Shown: in pieces, positions 28,636 to 39,074 of the stretch
Numbering within the stretch: position 1 is the stretch's first letter
How the letters are laid out: every line of letters begins with the position of its first letter
From: an uncultured Pseudomonadota bacterium
GTDB taxonomy: Bacteria; Oederibacteriota; Muellerivitia; Muellerivitales; Muellerivitaceae
DNA: 64,000 bases
NCBI GenBank assembly: GCA_963770835.1
Contig: CAVYRH010000007.1
Coordinates: 96,001 to 160,000, forward strand
Direction of reading: 5' to 3'
Program-made: the position numbers and the translations under genes
Notes under the pieces: model-generated
What the model was told of the DNA's origin: nothing
Database searches by the model: none
Seen by the model: only the letters and a program-made list of their open reading frames with translations

Positions 28636-29114
28636 GCATCCGGGTGGTTTCCATATTGGCGGTTCTTTTTGACCAGCTTTCTAAATATCTGATCGTACGT
28701 ACCTGCCGGTTAGGGGAATCACTGACCGTTCTTCGGGAATATTTCTATATTACCTACATCCAAAATCCAGGAGCAGCCTTCGGTTTTATGGCTGATACAC
28801 CAGCTTATGTGCGCATCCCCTTTTTTATCGTGATCACACTCGGGGCGGGCCTCATTGTTTACGCTTATCAACGCTTTATTCCCCGGGAAAAGAAACTGCA
28901 CCGATTTGCCCTGGGGTTGATTTGGGGAGGGGCCATGGGTAACTTCATAGATAGGCTTTTCTACCGTAAGGTTGTGGACTTTATCGATGTTCGTTATCAT
29001 CAACACCAATGGTACGTATTTAACATCGCCGACTCCTGCATCACGGTGGGTCTCACGCTTTTAATACTGGGTTATTTGAGCGAAAAGAAAAGTCCTTGGC
29101 GGGTGAGAAATTAA
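28632..29114 (+). CDS. lspA: Signal peptidase II, copy 2
   Basis: DQLSK, NPGAAFG, GAMGNFIDR, VVDFI, FNIADSCI; GTGA overlap with copy 1. Confidence 0.93.
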   Translation: MSIRVVSILAVLFDQLSKYLIVRTCRLGESLTVLREYFYITYIQNPGAAFGFMADTPAYVRIPFFIVITLGAGLIVYAYQRFIPREKKLHRFALGLIWGGAMGNFIDRLFYRKVVDFIDVRYHQHQWYVFNIADSCITVGLTLLILGYLSEKKSPWRVRN

Positions 29115-29974
29115 TGTATCCAAAATTACCTTTTTCCATCCCTGCGTTTGCCCTCTTCGGCCACATCTTTGGGCCGATTTATTTCTATACCTATGGCCTT
29201 TGCATGGCTGTGGCTCTGGGGTTCAGTATTTATCTTTTTGCGCGGGACGCGGGTAAATATATTGCGCCTAAAGTGGGCCTTAACTACCAGCAGGGGTTCC
29301 AAAAGGCTTTCGATTTGGGGGTCTATGTTATTGTTTGCTCGCTTCTCGGTGCTCGAATTTTTTACGTTTTGGAGAACCATTCAGAATTCGAGAACGGCCA
29401 TTGGTTAGACGCCGTCAAGATTTGGCAGGGAGGGTTGGTGTTTTACGGTGGCCTTTTCGGCGCCCTTGCCGTGGCCTGGTATTGGATGAAGGTTGAGAAA
29501 TGGCCACTCAGTTACTGTTTTGACCTCGTGGCACCTTACATCCTTTTGGGTCATGCCATCGGTCGTGTGGGATGTTTTTTGAACGGTTGCTGTTATGGCA
29601 ACGTATCGGATGTTCACCAAGGAATCTTTGACTTGGCCCATGGCTGGATTTTTCCTGGCGGCGAAGATCAACAACCCCATTTGCCCACACAGCTATGGGA
29701 ATTGATAGGCGATCTGGGGCTTTTCTTTTTCCTGCTTTGGGTTCGGCGTTGGACTATTCGTTATACCTGGTTGACCTTTAGTCTTTACGGGTTAACCTAC
29801 GGTCTTCTGCGGTTCGTTATCGAGATTTGGCGGCTTGACCGGAGTGTCCATTTCCTGATCGCATTCCGTTCTGCTTCCCAGGCAACCAGCGCCATTATCG
29901 TCGTCCTGTCCTTGGCCGCTATCATTTGGACTCTCTTGAAGAACGGCGACCGTCAGTCTTCAGGCCCAATTTGA
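29114..29974 (+). CDS. lgt: Prolipoprotein diacylglyceryl transferase
   Basis: GARIFYV, WQGGLVFYGG, AIGRVGCFLNGCCYG, PTQLWE, RFVIE; ATG 29114 in TAATG overlap. Confidence 0.93.
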   Translation: MYPKLPFSIPAFALFGHIFGPIYFYTYGLCMAVALGFSIYLFARDAGKYIAPKVGLNYQQGFQKAFDLGVYVIVCSLLGARIFYVLENHSEFENGHWLDAVKIWQGGLVFYGGLFGALAVAWYWMKVEKWPLSYCFDLVAPYILLGHAIGRVGCFLNGCCYGNVSDVHQGIFDLAHGWIFPGGEDQQPHLPTQLWELIGDLGLFFFLLWVRRWTIRYTWLTFSLYGLTYGLLRFVIEIWRLDRSVHFLIAFRSASQATSAIIVVLSLAAIIWTLLKNGDRQSSGPI

Positions 29975-30000
29975 GCTCGACCTGTTAAAATGAGCGCCGA

Positions 30001-30978
30001 ATGAAACCCTCTTCGTCTTCGCCCCAGACCTCAGTTTTCACTGTTTCCAAGACCCAGAGCGGGAAGCGCCTGGACGTTTTTTTATCGTCCCAATTGCCGT
30101 CTTTTTCCCGAAGCCAAGTACAGGCTATCCTCAAGGCGGGCCACATCATTCCCCAATTTGAAATTAAATCCCTTAAGTCTGGAATGACGGTCGTGGAAGG
30201 ACAAGCTTTTCAAGTTACGATTCCTCCGTCTCGAAAATCCGACATCCCCTCACAAGCCATCTCGTTAGACGTGGTTTTTGAAGACGACGATCTTTTGGTG
30301 ATCAACAAGCCGGCCGGGTTGGTGGTCCATCCGGGCGCCGGAAATCCTGACCATACTTTGATCAATGCCTTGGTGGCCCATTGCCCGGATATTGCCGGTG
30401 TTGGGGGTGTGCAAAGGCCAGGACTCGTCCACCGATTGGACAAGAACACATCGGGGCTTCTGGTGGTCGCCAAAACCGATGCAGCCTACAAAAGCCTGGT
30501 TAAGCAATTGAGGTACCGAAAATTAAGCCGGGAATATTTGGGGATCGTGAAAGGAAAACTCGAGGGGCGAGGAAAAGTGGACGCGCCTATCGGCCGACAC
30601 GTGAGCGCCCGAAAAAAAATGGCTGTCCGGCCTGAGAGCGGGAAAAAGGCGGTCACCCATTTCAGGGCTTTGGAATCCAACGAAAACGCCAGTTTGATGC
30701 ATTTGAAGCTTGAAACAGGGCGTACCCACCAGATTCGCGTGCATCTGCAGTACATTCATCATCCCATCTTGGGCGACGCGGTTTACAGCGGCCCTACGGT
30801 GCCCGCCAACCGCCAGATGCTCCACGCGTTCAGGCTTTCCTTCCAACACCCTCGAATAGGCGGCCTAAAGGAATATTATGCCCCTCCACCACGGGATTTT
30901 GAGGAATGCCTTTCGGCACTCGGCCTTCAAGTTCTATCGTGGAAAAAAGTGGAATGGCGGGACTCCGAGAAGGCTTAA
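30001..30978 (+). CDS. rluD: RluA/RluD-family 23S rRNA pseudouridine synthase
   Basis: S4 domain RLDVFL, NKPAGLVVHP, HRLDKNTSG, TGRTHQIRVH, GD.VY, LHA. Confidence 0.9.
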   Translation: MKPSSSSPQTSVFTVSKTQSGKRLDVFLSSQLPSFSRSQVQAILKAGHIIPQFEIKSLKSGMTVVEGQAFQVTIPPSRKSDIPSQAISLDVVFEDDDLLVINKPAGLVVHPGAGNPDHTLINALVAHCPDIAGVGGVQRPGLVHRLDKNTSGLLVVAKTDAAYKSLVKQLRYRKLSREYLGIVKGKLEGRGKVDAPIGRHVSARKKMAVRPESGKKAVTHFRALESNENASLMHLKLETGRTHQIRVHLQYIHHPILGDAVYSGPTVPANRQMLHAFRLSFQHPRIGGLKEYYAPPPRDFEECLSALGLQVLSWKKVEWRDSEKA

Positions 30979-31006
30979 AAAAGAATGGGAAATCGATTCT
31001 AAATTC

Positions 31007-32128
31007 ATGGATTACAGCTTAAAAAGTCTTCTAAAACTCACTTTGGCCATCAAGGCTTCAGTGATTGGGCTGATTTATTTGGGATATTTTCTTTTTCCTT
31101 TCAATCTCTCCGATTACCAAGGTAATTTTGTCTATCCCTCCGGAGAAAATCCCAACCCTTGGACCCCTTTAAAAACTTGGGACGGACAAATCTATCTCCA
31201 TCTTGCTGACCACGGCTACGGGCCCCATCAGTTCACCAATGCTTTTTATCCCCTTTTCCCTTTTTTGATCCGAGTGGCGGGTTTGTGGTTGGGAGGGAAC
31301 AATCTTTTGGGAGGCCTTTTGATTTCCCATTTGTTCACTGTTTTAGCGATGATTTTTCTTTACAGGATAACTCAGGAAAAATACGACGAAAAAACCGCTT
31401 TTTACGGCTGTCTGTTCATGCTGGCTTTTCCTATGGGTTTTTACCTGGGGCTCCTTTACACCGAATCCCTCTTTCTTCTGCTGACAATCGCGTACTTTTA
31501 TTATTGGCGCCAAAAGAGATACAGGTTTTCAGCCTTATGTGCTTTTTTGATGCCGTTGACGAGGCCAACGGGAATCCTGGTTTTTCTTCCAGCATTGGTC
31601 GCCTTGGGAGAGGAGAAGATTAAGACTAAGCCCACCGTCGTAAAGTGGTTTCCGTTGGCCGCCTTTCTTGCCGGTTATGCGGTTTATTTTTTGGCGATGC
31701 AGTTCATGACCGGAAACGCTTTTTCAGCCTTCGAATCGGAAAAATATTTTATCGCCCACTTTGACATTAAGAATTTATTCCATCCCGTGGATTGGTTCGC
31801 TAGGAACTTCATTAATGTAAATTCTGCAAATGCCATCGAACCGATACTCCTATTCAACAGAGGATTCTTTTTGCTTTTCCTTTGGGTGCTAGTAATCTCC
31901 CGGAAGTATCTCAGTAAATCCCTTTTAACATATTCCCTGGTGTTGGGGATGATTCCCGCACTTTCGGGGGGATTGGTTACTTATATGCGGTACTTGTTGG
32001 TTTTGTTCCCGCTTTTTCCGGTCTTGGCCCTGAAATGGAAAGGTAAAGAAGGATATTATTTGGCCGTTTCCCTGGCCCTGCAGGCCTATTTCGCTATCCA
32101 ATATTCACTAAATCAATTTGTTTCCTGA
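31007..32128 (+). CDS. GT-C fold membrane glycosyltransferase (PIG-V/Mannosyl_trans2-like)
   Basis: WDGQIYLHLADHGY, AFYPLFP, YTESLF, RPTG, MRY; polytopic; lower GC. Confidence 0.8.
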   Translation: MDYSLKSLLKLTLAIKASVIGLIYLGYFLFPFNLSDYQGNFVYPSGENPNPWTPLKTWDGQIYLHLADHGYGPHQFTNAFYPLFPFLIRVAGLWLGGNNLLGGLLISHLFTVLAMIFLYRITQEKYDEKTAFYGCLFMLAFPMGFYLGLLYTESLFLLLTIAYFYYWRQKRYRFSALCAFLMPLTRPTGILVFLPALVALGEEKIKTKPTVVKWFPLAAFLAGYAVYFLAMQFMTGNAFSAFESEKYFIAHFDIKNLFHPVDWFARNFINVNSANAIEPILLFNRGFFLLFLWVLVISRKYLSKSLLTYSLVLGMIPALSGGLVTYMRYLLVLFPLFPVLALKWKGKEGYYLAVSLALQAYFAIQYSLNQFVS

Positions 32129-32285
32129 TTCGGAAAATCCGAACGCTGGAAAGGGAGGGGGAGGGAAGACTCATTCTTAAAATTTAAGAGGGAAAGGAAG
32201 TACCGCAAATCTTGAAACATGGGTGCTCCCGCAGCCAACTGCCTGTTCGGGTTGGGGAAGCGGGGTTACGTATTTGAATTGAAAC

Positions 32286-33356
32286 TCAATGAGATGGGGT
32301 GGCCTCATTAGATATCTTGGAGGCATAAGCTTCTTCCGTCTCTTTCCACAGCTGGGACAACCCATGCCAGAGGCTTTTCCGGAGGGTGAGGCGGTAAACC
32401 GAATTTTCGGGAAGCTCTTTCATCAACCGCCGGTGGGCTTCCCCAAGGTTGTGGTAAGGCATGCCTGGAAACAAATGGTGGACGGCATGATAGCGGAGGC
32501 CCACGGGGGCCCATAAGCCCGTCGTAACCCGGTTGCCAGGGACGGTCACCGAATCCAAGAATTGCTCTGAAAACTCCAATATGTGGTCGGCGGCGTTACG
32601 GTAGCAATGGGTGGCCGCAACGGTGCGGAGCCCGTTGGCCAACAAAATGAGGGCCGCGACGATATACCAGAGAACCAACACTTTCAACGGCAGGATGTTT
32701 TTCCAGAGCAAAAGACCGAAAACCAGAGCATAGGAAAAAGTCAGGAATTCCTGCAACCGCCACCATTTTCCATCTCTTTCCTGAGGCGCTGGCCTTTTCC
32801 ATTCAGGATTAATGGAAAGGGAAGAAAGATATTCCCAGAACAATTTCCGAAGGGGTGGAATAAGGTAAGAAAGGGGGGTTAACAGGAACCGTAAGGCGAA
32901 AACAAAAGGAACAACCAGCATTGTTAAAAAGAAAGCCACGATCCGGAAGCGCCCCAGAAGCACGAAGGGAAGGTATTCGCCGTCATCCTTGGTGCCGTAC
33001 ATCTTTTGCTTGTGATGATCGATATGGACTCCCATATAGGTAAAAGAGGGAACCATAAAAGGGAAGCCGCAAAGCAGGTTCCAAACGATTCGGAAAAATC
33101 TAAAAGTGTCTTTTTTTAAGTGGGTTAATTCGTGGATGAAAATCACCGCCCGGTAGAGGCAAAAAACCGCAATCAAAAGGCCTAAGGTCTGCGCTAATGA
33201 GAAATTGGGTGTAACGACTGCCAGGACAAACCCACCCCAGCCGGCAAAGGCGTTTAATAAAAAATCCGCCCAATAGGTTAGAGAACTGGGTTCGAAGAGG
33301 TCTTCGACAATTTTTTTGGCTTCCGCCATGGGAAGGGTTTGTTTTTCGGCCGGCAT
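32286..33356 (-). CDS. Membrane fatty-acid desaturase family protein
   Basis: Three His boxes HELTH, HIDHH, HAVHH(LFP). Confidence 0.9.
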   Translation of the reverse strand: MPAEKQTLPMAEAKKIVEDLFEPSSLTYWADFLLNAFAGWGGFVLAVVTPNFSLAQTLGLLIAVFCLYRAVIFIHELTHLKKDTFRFFRIVWNLLCGFPFMVPSFTYMGVHIDHHKQKMYGTKDDGEYLPFVLLGRFRIVAFFLTMLVVPFVFALRFLLTPLSYLIPPLRKLFWEYLSSLSINPEWKRPAPQERDGKWWRLQEFLTFSYALVFGLLLWKNILPLKVLVLWYIVAALILLANGLRTVAATHCYRNAADHILEFSEQFLDSVTVPGNRVTTGLWAPVGLRYHAVHHLFPGMPYHNLGEAHRRLMKELPENSVYRLTLRKSLWHGLSQLWKETEEAYASKISNEATPSH

Positions 33357-33547
33357 TTTTCTTCGCTTTCAGGGCTATTAATAAGGTTGGAGTTTAACGG
33401 AAATGAAGTCCATTTGGAAGCGGCTGTAAACGCCGTTCCAAAAGTGTGACGGTCTGAGGGGTCAAAAGGGCGGTCGAAAAGTGTGACACTCCCCGAAATT
33501 CCCTGGAAGATGTGGGGTTTTTACCACATCTCTGGGAGGAAAAAGGA

Positions 33548-35062
33548 GTGTACAAGGACATGGACCAATGGACTGAAATCCGCAAGAAAATCCTGGTGGA
33601 GGGGGTCTCCAAGCGCCAGGTGATGGAGGAAGAAGGCATCCACTGGGAGACCTTGAAGAAAATCCTCGAAAACAGCCAGCCGCCCGACTACCAGATGAAG
33701 CAGGAGCGGCCCCAGCCAAAGATCGGGCCCTTCCTGGGCCGAATCCAGCAAATCCTCCAGGACGACAAGCACGTCCACAAAAAGCAGCACCACACGGCCA
33801 AGCGCATCTTCGAGCGCCTCAAGGCCGAGGACGGCTACACCGGCGGCTATACGCAGGTCAAAAAGGCCGTCCGGGGCTTGAAACGCAAAAACAGCGAGGT
33901 CTTCGTGCCCTTGATCCACCGGCCCGGCGAGGCCCAGGTGGATTTCGGCCATGCCCTCTTCAAGCTCAATGGCGTGTTGGTGAAGAGGCCCTATTTCGTG
34001 ATGGCCTTGCCCTACTCGGATGCTTTCTTCGTCCAGGTTTTCGAGCAGGAGTCCACGGAGTTCGTCTGGGAAGGCCACATCCGGGCCTTCAAGTATTTCG
34101 GCGGGGTGCCCTGGCGGATCAGCTACGACAACGCCAAGACCCTCGTGAAGAAGTTGATCGGGGTGCACCAACGAGAATTGACGCGGGGGTTCCAGCAGTT
34201 GGTAAGCCACTACCTTTTCGACCATCACTTTTGCACGGTGCGCCGTGGCAACGAAAAAGGAGTCGTGGAAGGCATGGTGAAATACCCGAGACTGAATTTC
34301 ATGGTACCGGTGCCGCAGTTGACGGGAAACATGGAAGGATTTAACGGAGAGTTGGTGGAGAAATGCCAAGAGGACTTGGGGCGCAAACTGCGGGGTAAAA
34401 ATGCCACCAAGGCTCAATTGTTGCTGGAGGATAAGGCCCATTTCAGGCCCTTGCCGGTCGATGATTTTGATGCCTGCATCAAGCAGTCCACCACCGCCAC
34501 GTCCTTGTCCCTGGTGCGTTTCAACACCAACGACTATTCGGTTCCCTGCGAGTGGGCCCACCATCCGGTGGTGGTCAAGGGGTACATGGACCGGGTGGAA
34601 ATTTTCCACAAGGAAAAACTCATCGCCTCCCACCAACGCCTTTTTACCAAGGAGGGCGTGGCCTTCAATCCCGTGCATTATTTGGCGGTTTTGGAAGGGA
34701 AACCCGGCGCCCTTGACCATGCCCGGCCCCTTGAAGACTGGAACCTGCACGAGTGCTTCGCTCTCTTGCGCCGTCGAATGGAGGGCATGGAGAAGTACCA
34801 CGGAGAGGGAACGCGGGAATACATCAAGACGCTACGGCTCTTGGAAAAGCATTCCATGGGTAGGCTCACCCGGGCGGTAAAAAAAGCCGTGGAAATGGAA
34901 ATCTACACCCGGGACGGCGTGGCCCAGTTGATCTACTCCCGCGAGTATTACCGGAAGACCACTTTCAACCTGGACGGGCGTGAACACTTGAGGATGGTCC
35001 GGGTGGCCCGGACGGATCTGTCGGCTTACCGCGAGCTGATGGCAGTGGGAGGTGAGGCATGA
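33548..35062 (+). CDS. istA: IS21 transposase IstA
   Basis: GEAQVDFG, YDNAK, NEKGVVE (DDE), YSVP; GTG start after GGAGG/AAGGA. Confidence 0.93.
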   Translation: MYKDMDQWTEIRKKILVEGVSKRQVMEEEGIHWETLKKILENSQPPDYQMKQERPQPKIGPFLGRIQQILQDDKHVHKKQHHTAKRIFERLKAEDGYTGGYTQVKKAVRGLKRKNSEVFVPLIHRPGEAQVDFGHALFKLNGVLVKRPYFVMALPYSDAFFVQVFEQESTEFVWEGHIRAFKYFGGVPWRISYDNAKTLVKKLIGVHQRELTRGFQQLVSHYLFDHHFCTVRRGNEKGVVEGMVKYPRLNFMVPVPQLTGNMEGFNGELVEKCQEDLGRKLRGKNATKAQLLLEDKAHFRPLPVDDFDACIKQSTTATSLSLVRFNTNDYSVPCEWAHHPVVVKGYMDRVEIFHKEKLIASHQRLFTKEGVAFNPVHYLAVLEGKPGALDHARPLEDWNLHECFALLRRRMEGMEKYHGEGTREYIKTLRLLEKHSMGRLTRAVKKAVEMEIYTRDGVAQLIYSREYYRKTTFNLDGREHLRMVRVARTDLSAYRELMAVGGEA

Positions 35063-35835
35063 GTGAATCCAAAAAGACCCTCTTGCTGGAACACCACCTC
35101 AAGAAGCTCAAGCTACCTACCATGCTGCGCGAGTACGACAAGATGGCCCAGCTCTGCCGCACGGAGCGAAGCGACTATCCGCAGTTCCTCTTGAAGTTGG
35201 CCGAGTTGGAACTGCTGGACCGAGAGCGACGGGCCAAGGAGCGACGCATTCGGGACGCTAACTTTCCCGTGCTCAAGACCCTGGACACTTTCGATTTCAA
35301 GGCCCAACCCTCGGTCAACCAGGAATTGGCACGGGAACTCATGCGGGGTGAGTACATGGACAAGAAAGAAAACGTCCTTCTGATCGGCAACTCCGGCACG
35401 GGCAAGACCCACTTGGCCACGGCCTTGGCCTTCCAGGCCTGCTGCCAGGGCCGGGCGGTGAAGTTTTTCTCCGTCACCGGCCTAGTGACAGAACTTCTGG
35501 AGCGCCGGGAGGAGAAACAACTGGCTAAGTTCCACCGGCAGTTGGCCAGGCTCCACCTGATCGTCCTGGACGAGCTGGGCTACGTGCCTTTCACCAAGGC
35601 CGGGGCGGAGCTGCTCTTCGAGGTGGTCAGCAAGGCCTACGAGCGTACCAGCCTGATCGTGACCACCAATTTACCCTTTGAAAACTGGGTGGAAGTCATG
35701 GGGTCCGAGAGAATGACGGGGGCGCTTATTGACCGTTTGACCCATCGGGTGCATATTCTGGAGGCCAACGGCCAAAGCTTCAGGCTGGGGGAGGCAAAAA
35801 AACGGCTGAAGGCGAAAGGCAAAAAAGACGAATAA
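35059..35835 (+). CDS. istB: IS21 helper ATPase IstB
   Basis: Walker A GNSGTGKT, Walker B IVLDELG, TTNLPF, DRLTH, SFRL; ATGA overlap. Confidence 0.95.
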   Translation: MSESKKTLLLEHHLKKLKLPTMLREYDKMAQLCRTERSDYPQFLLKLAELELLDRERRAKERRIRDANFPVLKTLDTFDFKAQPSVNQELARELMRGEYMDKKENVLLIGNSGTGKTHLATALAFQACCQGRAVKFFSVTGLVTELLERREEKQLAKFHRQLARLHLIVLDELGYVPFTKAGAELLFEVVSKAYERTSLIVTTNLPFENWVEVMGSERMTGALIDRLTHRVHILEANGQSFRLGEAKKRLKAKGKKDE

Positions 35836-35971
35836 ATTGGGTAAAGACAAAAAGGATTAACCTAAACCATGAACCGTAAGGCTCGTGGAAGGCGGGGGTG
35901 TCACACTTTTGGGCCGCCCACCGTCACACTTTTCGAGCGGCGCGGACAAGCGGCGGATTTTTCAAAAAATA

Positions 35972-37898
35972 TTAATTGTTCGGCAAATGGTAGAGGTTCC
36001 CAAGCATTTCGGAAGCTCCTTGGTTTTTGGGGTCCAGTTCAAGAGCATACTCAAGACAAAAATGGGCCGATTCAAAATCCTCTAAATGAAAGTTGACCAC
36101 AGCTAAGTTCAGGAAAACTTCCGGATAATCACCGTTTGTCCGACGAAAACCTTCCGTCAAAAAATCACGGGAAGGGCCGTAAAACCTTGATCGAAGTGCG
36201 AAAAGACCCATGCTGAAATCCCCCATAGCGTAGGTCTGAGGTTGGTAAAAGCCCCGGAGCCAAGTATTGAACCCAGAGGGTTTAAGGTCTTGGAGTTGCA
36301 CCTTCATTAAGCTGTCGGTTTCGTTGGGTACTCCCCTCGTAGTTAAAAGAACCGGTAAGGAAAGGAGTGGGATTTGGGGGGCGTAATCCTGGCGGGCGTA
36401 AATAGCCGTGCATTCATCCAAGTAAATAAGCCGCCAATTGGAGAACCGGTTGAGCTGGTCTACCCAGGGAGAAGATGAATTGTATTCCAAGACAACCAAT
36501 TGAGCATCGGTGGCGGCCAAAAGTGGAATCAAACCCCCGGGGGTTAGGCTTTCCAGGGTTTGTTCGAAAAAGGAATTGTCAGGAACCTCTAAACGGCCAT
36601 CCATAAAGGTGGGTTGGGGCGCCTGCCAATCGAGCCATCCACCGGAATTCAAGTCATTCAACATTCTTCCGTCCAAGTTGTTTTGGACCAGGAATTTTGC
36701 CGCTTTGACCGGCAGGACCTGGGTATCAACGCTGAAGCCGAACCGATCATTCCGCCGGTCGGTGACATAATAGGAGTTGGTTAAAACTCTCGAACACCAA
36801 AGCAATATAAAAAAAGCAAGGACTAGGGCGGTTGAGGAGCGTAAGAGCCAGGTCCAACGAGGGCCGATTTTCCAGCCGGGTCGGCAGGCGGACAGAATTG
36901 GAAGGGAGGTGAGCATGAAAATGGGAATATTCCTTACGGCTTTCAAGGCCAGGAAAAGAAAAATAAAATAAATTAAAAATTCGTGGAGTTTCCTCTGGTG
37001 GAAAGTCAAGACAAGAGAAACCATGCCGAGAACGGCTATAGTGAAAAAAAGAAAAAGGTTGCAATGGGGATCTAAACCTAGGTTTTGAACCGTGAGGGAA
37101 TGCCAAGGTGAAAAGAATTCAGCAATCGTTTGTTTATAAGGATTTGAATCCTGAAGCCTGGTCCAAAGGGAAAAAGGGAAACAAAAGACCCCGAAGCCCA
37201 TAGGGGTTCAAGATTCCGATGGCCACCGATAAAAGAGAATAGCACACTAACGGGAAATCTATCCGCTTCCCATGAAACCATCCGCTCAACAAATAGGTCG
37301 CCAAGGCGGCCCAGCCCAACATGAACAATCCTTCGGAGTTGACCCATAACAACTGGATCAGTGGCAAAAGAAAAATGAGGTTCCTTGCCTTGGAGAATCT
37401 CAGGTCAAGAATCCATAAGGTCAAACTGAGATAGAGCCAGGAAAAAACCTCAGGTCGGACAATAAATCTCCTCTTCATTGCCAAGGCTGCAGCCAAAAGC
37501 AGAAGAGATAGCATCCAGGGCGGAGCTAGGGTTGCCTTTAGGCGGAACCATAACAGGTTGAACACGATTAAAATAACGTCGGCGTTGAGGAGGGTTAGAG
37601 AGGCATAACCGAAGGTTCGGTAAAACCCATATAAAAGAATTTGATAGAGGCCGTTTGAATCAAGGTAGTCCCGGTTCCCTTGGGTGTAGGTGAAAGTGTC
37701 TTTTTGGGGGAAGGCAAGATGTTGAACAATCCATTGACCCGCTTTTAAATGAAAGCCAATGTCATCTGTGCCGATTTTTCGAATGGCTAGAAGAAAGACC
37801 AGCAAGAAACAAGCAAGAAGCGGGTAAGACCAGGAATTGGCGAGAAAAACGGACAGGCGGGGAAACCGGACAGGGGCCGAGGCCGGGGAGTCAAGCAT
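35972..37898 (-). CDS. GT-C-like polytopic membrane protein with C-terminal TPR, split by one frameshift near 37171-37175
   Basis: ORF 37134-37898 (DIGFHLKAG.WI, RPE, LWVN, NPYG) joins ORF 35972-37201 (RNIP, GGWL, MDGR, TPR) if one A of an A5 run is removed. Confidence 0.7.
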
Positions 37899-37913
37899 GG
37901 TTATGGGATGCCG

Positions 37914-39074
37914 TTATTGGGAAAGCTCTTTTTGGATTTGGACAACCAAGGGGTGGTCATCCCTATAAAAGGATTTGGCGATTTCCAAAGCCTGTTTTAG
38001 GGTCTCGCGGGCGGCGTCCTTTTGTCTCAGGCCTTCTTGGGCCTCCGCCAAATCCAATAAGGCGACGGCCACCCTCGGATGATTGGCCCCGAAAGTTTCT
38101 TTCGAGGTCAGGAGGGCTTTTTGGAGGAGGCTTTCCGCTTCTTTCCATTGCCCAATAGCTTCATCCGCCTTGGCAAGCTTTTGGACGTAGGGAAGAGATG
38201 AATAGCCGAAATAAGATCCCACGCAACCTTGGGCAATTTTGAGGGCTGAATCATAAAGAGGTTTGGCCTGTCGATCTTGGTTTTGAGAGCGGTAAAAATC
38301 GGCCAATCTTTTCATCGCGTCCGCAACCTCAATGGCATTCGACTTGAAGCCGTTCTTTGAAAGCTCAAGGGCTTTTTCGAGGCAGGATTGCTCGTCGGAA
38401 GACCGCGAAGAGGTTTGGTAAGCCTGGGCGAGAAGACACCAAATTTCCACAAGTTGCACTGGTTGGGCCGCCGGATTTTTCTTCGCCATTTCCAGACTCT
38501 TTTTCAATAAGGATAAAGCTTCATCCTTTTTTTGAAGTTCCAGTTCGGTTTGTCCCAAGAGCTTAAGCGCTTGCTCAAGATCGGACGAATTCTCAGGGTC
38601 CCTCCCCACTTTTTCCAGTATCGCAACGGCCTTTTTTTGGAAAAATTCGGCGTCTTCCCAATGGCCCCAGTCAAAATAAAGGGAAGCTAATTCGGCGAGG
38701 GATTGGGCCACCAAGGGGTCTTCCATTCCGAAAGTTTTTTCCCGGATAGCGAGGGCCCATTGGAGATTGGATTCGGCTTCGGGGTAAAGAGCTAGATAGC
38801 GATCAACCGTTGCTAAATCCGCTAGTATCGGGACCAGTGAAGGGTGGATGGGGCCGTAGCGGTTTTCGGCGATCTTGATGGCATTTTGTCCGGCTTCCCG
38901 GGCTTCGTTGAAAAAACCCTTGTGAGCCCGGTCATAGGCCGTAAATTCCGCTACGGACAAAGCGTCCCCGCTGTCCATGATTTGCTCCGCGGCCAGTGGC
39001 GATGCCCAAGGACGAAAAAATAGAAAAAGAACAGCTAATTTGGCGAGTATGGGGGGAAAGGGGCTTTTTTTCAT
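37914..39074 (-). CDS. Exported TPR-repeat protein (kinesin-light-chain-like repeats)
   Basis: Signal peptide; ALAIREKTFG..DP.VA, FGANHPRVA repeats; ATG 39074 in ATGA overlap. Confidence 0.85.
   Translation of the reverse strand: MKKSPFPPILAKLAVLFLFFRPWASPLAAEQIMDSGDALSVAEFTAYDRAHKGFFNEAREAGQNAIKIAENRYGPIHPSLVPILADLATVDRYLALYPEAESNLQWALAIREKTFGMEDPLVAQSLAELASLYFDWGHWEDAEFFQKKAVAILEKVGRDPENSSDLEQALKLLGQTELELQKKDEALSLLKKSLEMAKKNPAAQPVQLVEIWCLLAQAYQTSSRSSDEQSCLEKALELSKNGFKSNAIEVADAMKRLADFYRSQNQDRQAKPLYDSALKIAQGCVGSYFGYSSLPYVQKLAKADEAIGQWKEAESLLQKALLTSKETFGANHPRVAVALLDLAEAQEGLRQKDAARETLKQALEIAKSFYRDDHPLVVQIQKELSQ

Larger units (their letters stand above)
33425..35948 (+). mobile_element. Complete IS21-family insertion sequence
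   Basis: 5'-TG...CA-3' ends; imperfect IRs TGTAAACGCCGTTCCAAAAGTGTGACGGT / TGTCCGCGCCGCTCGAAAAGTGTGACGGT; AAAAGTGTGAC twice per end; target duplication AGCGGC at 33419-33424 and 35949-35954. Confidence 0.93.

Noticed and set aside
33440..33490. TGTGA half-sites resembling CRP boxes
   Set aside because: Part of IS21 end repeats; no TCACA partner at the CRP spacing
33521..34801. 426-aa antisense ORF within istA
   Set aside because: Antisense shadow expected from GC3-rich codons; no motifs
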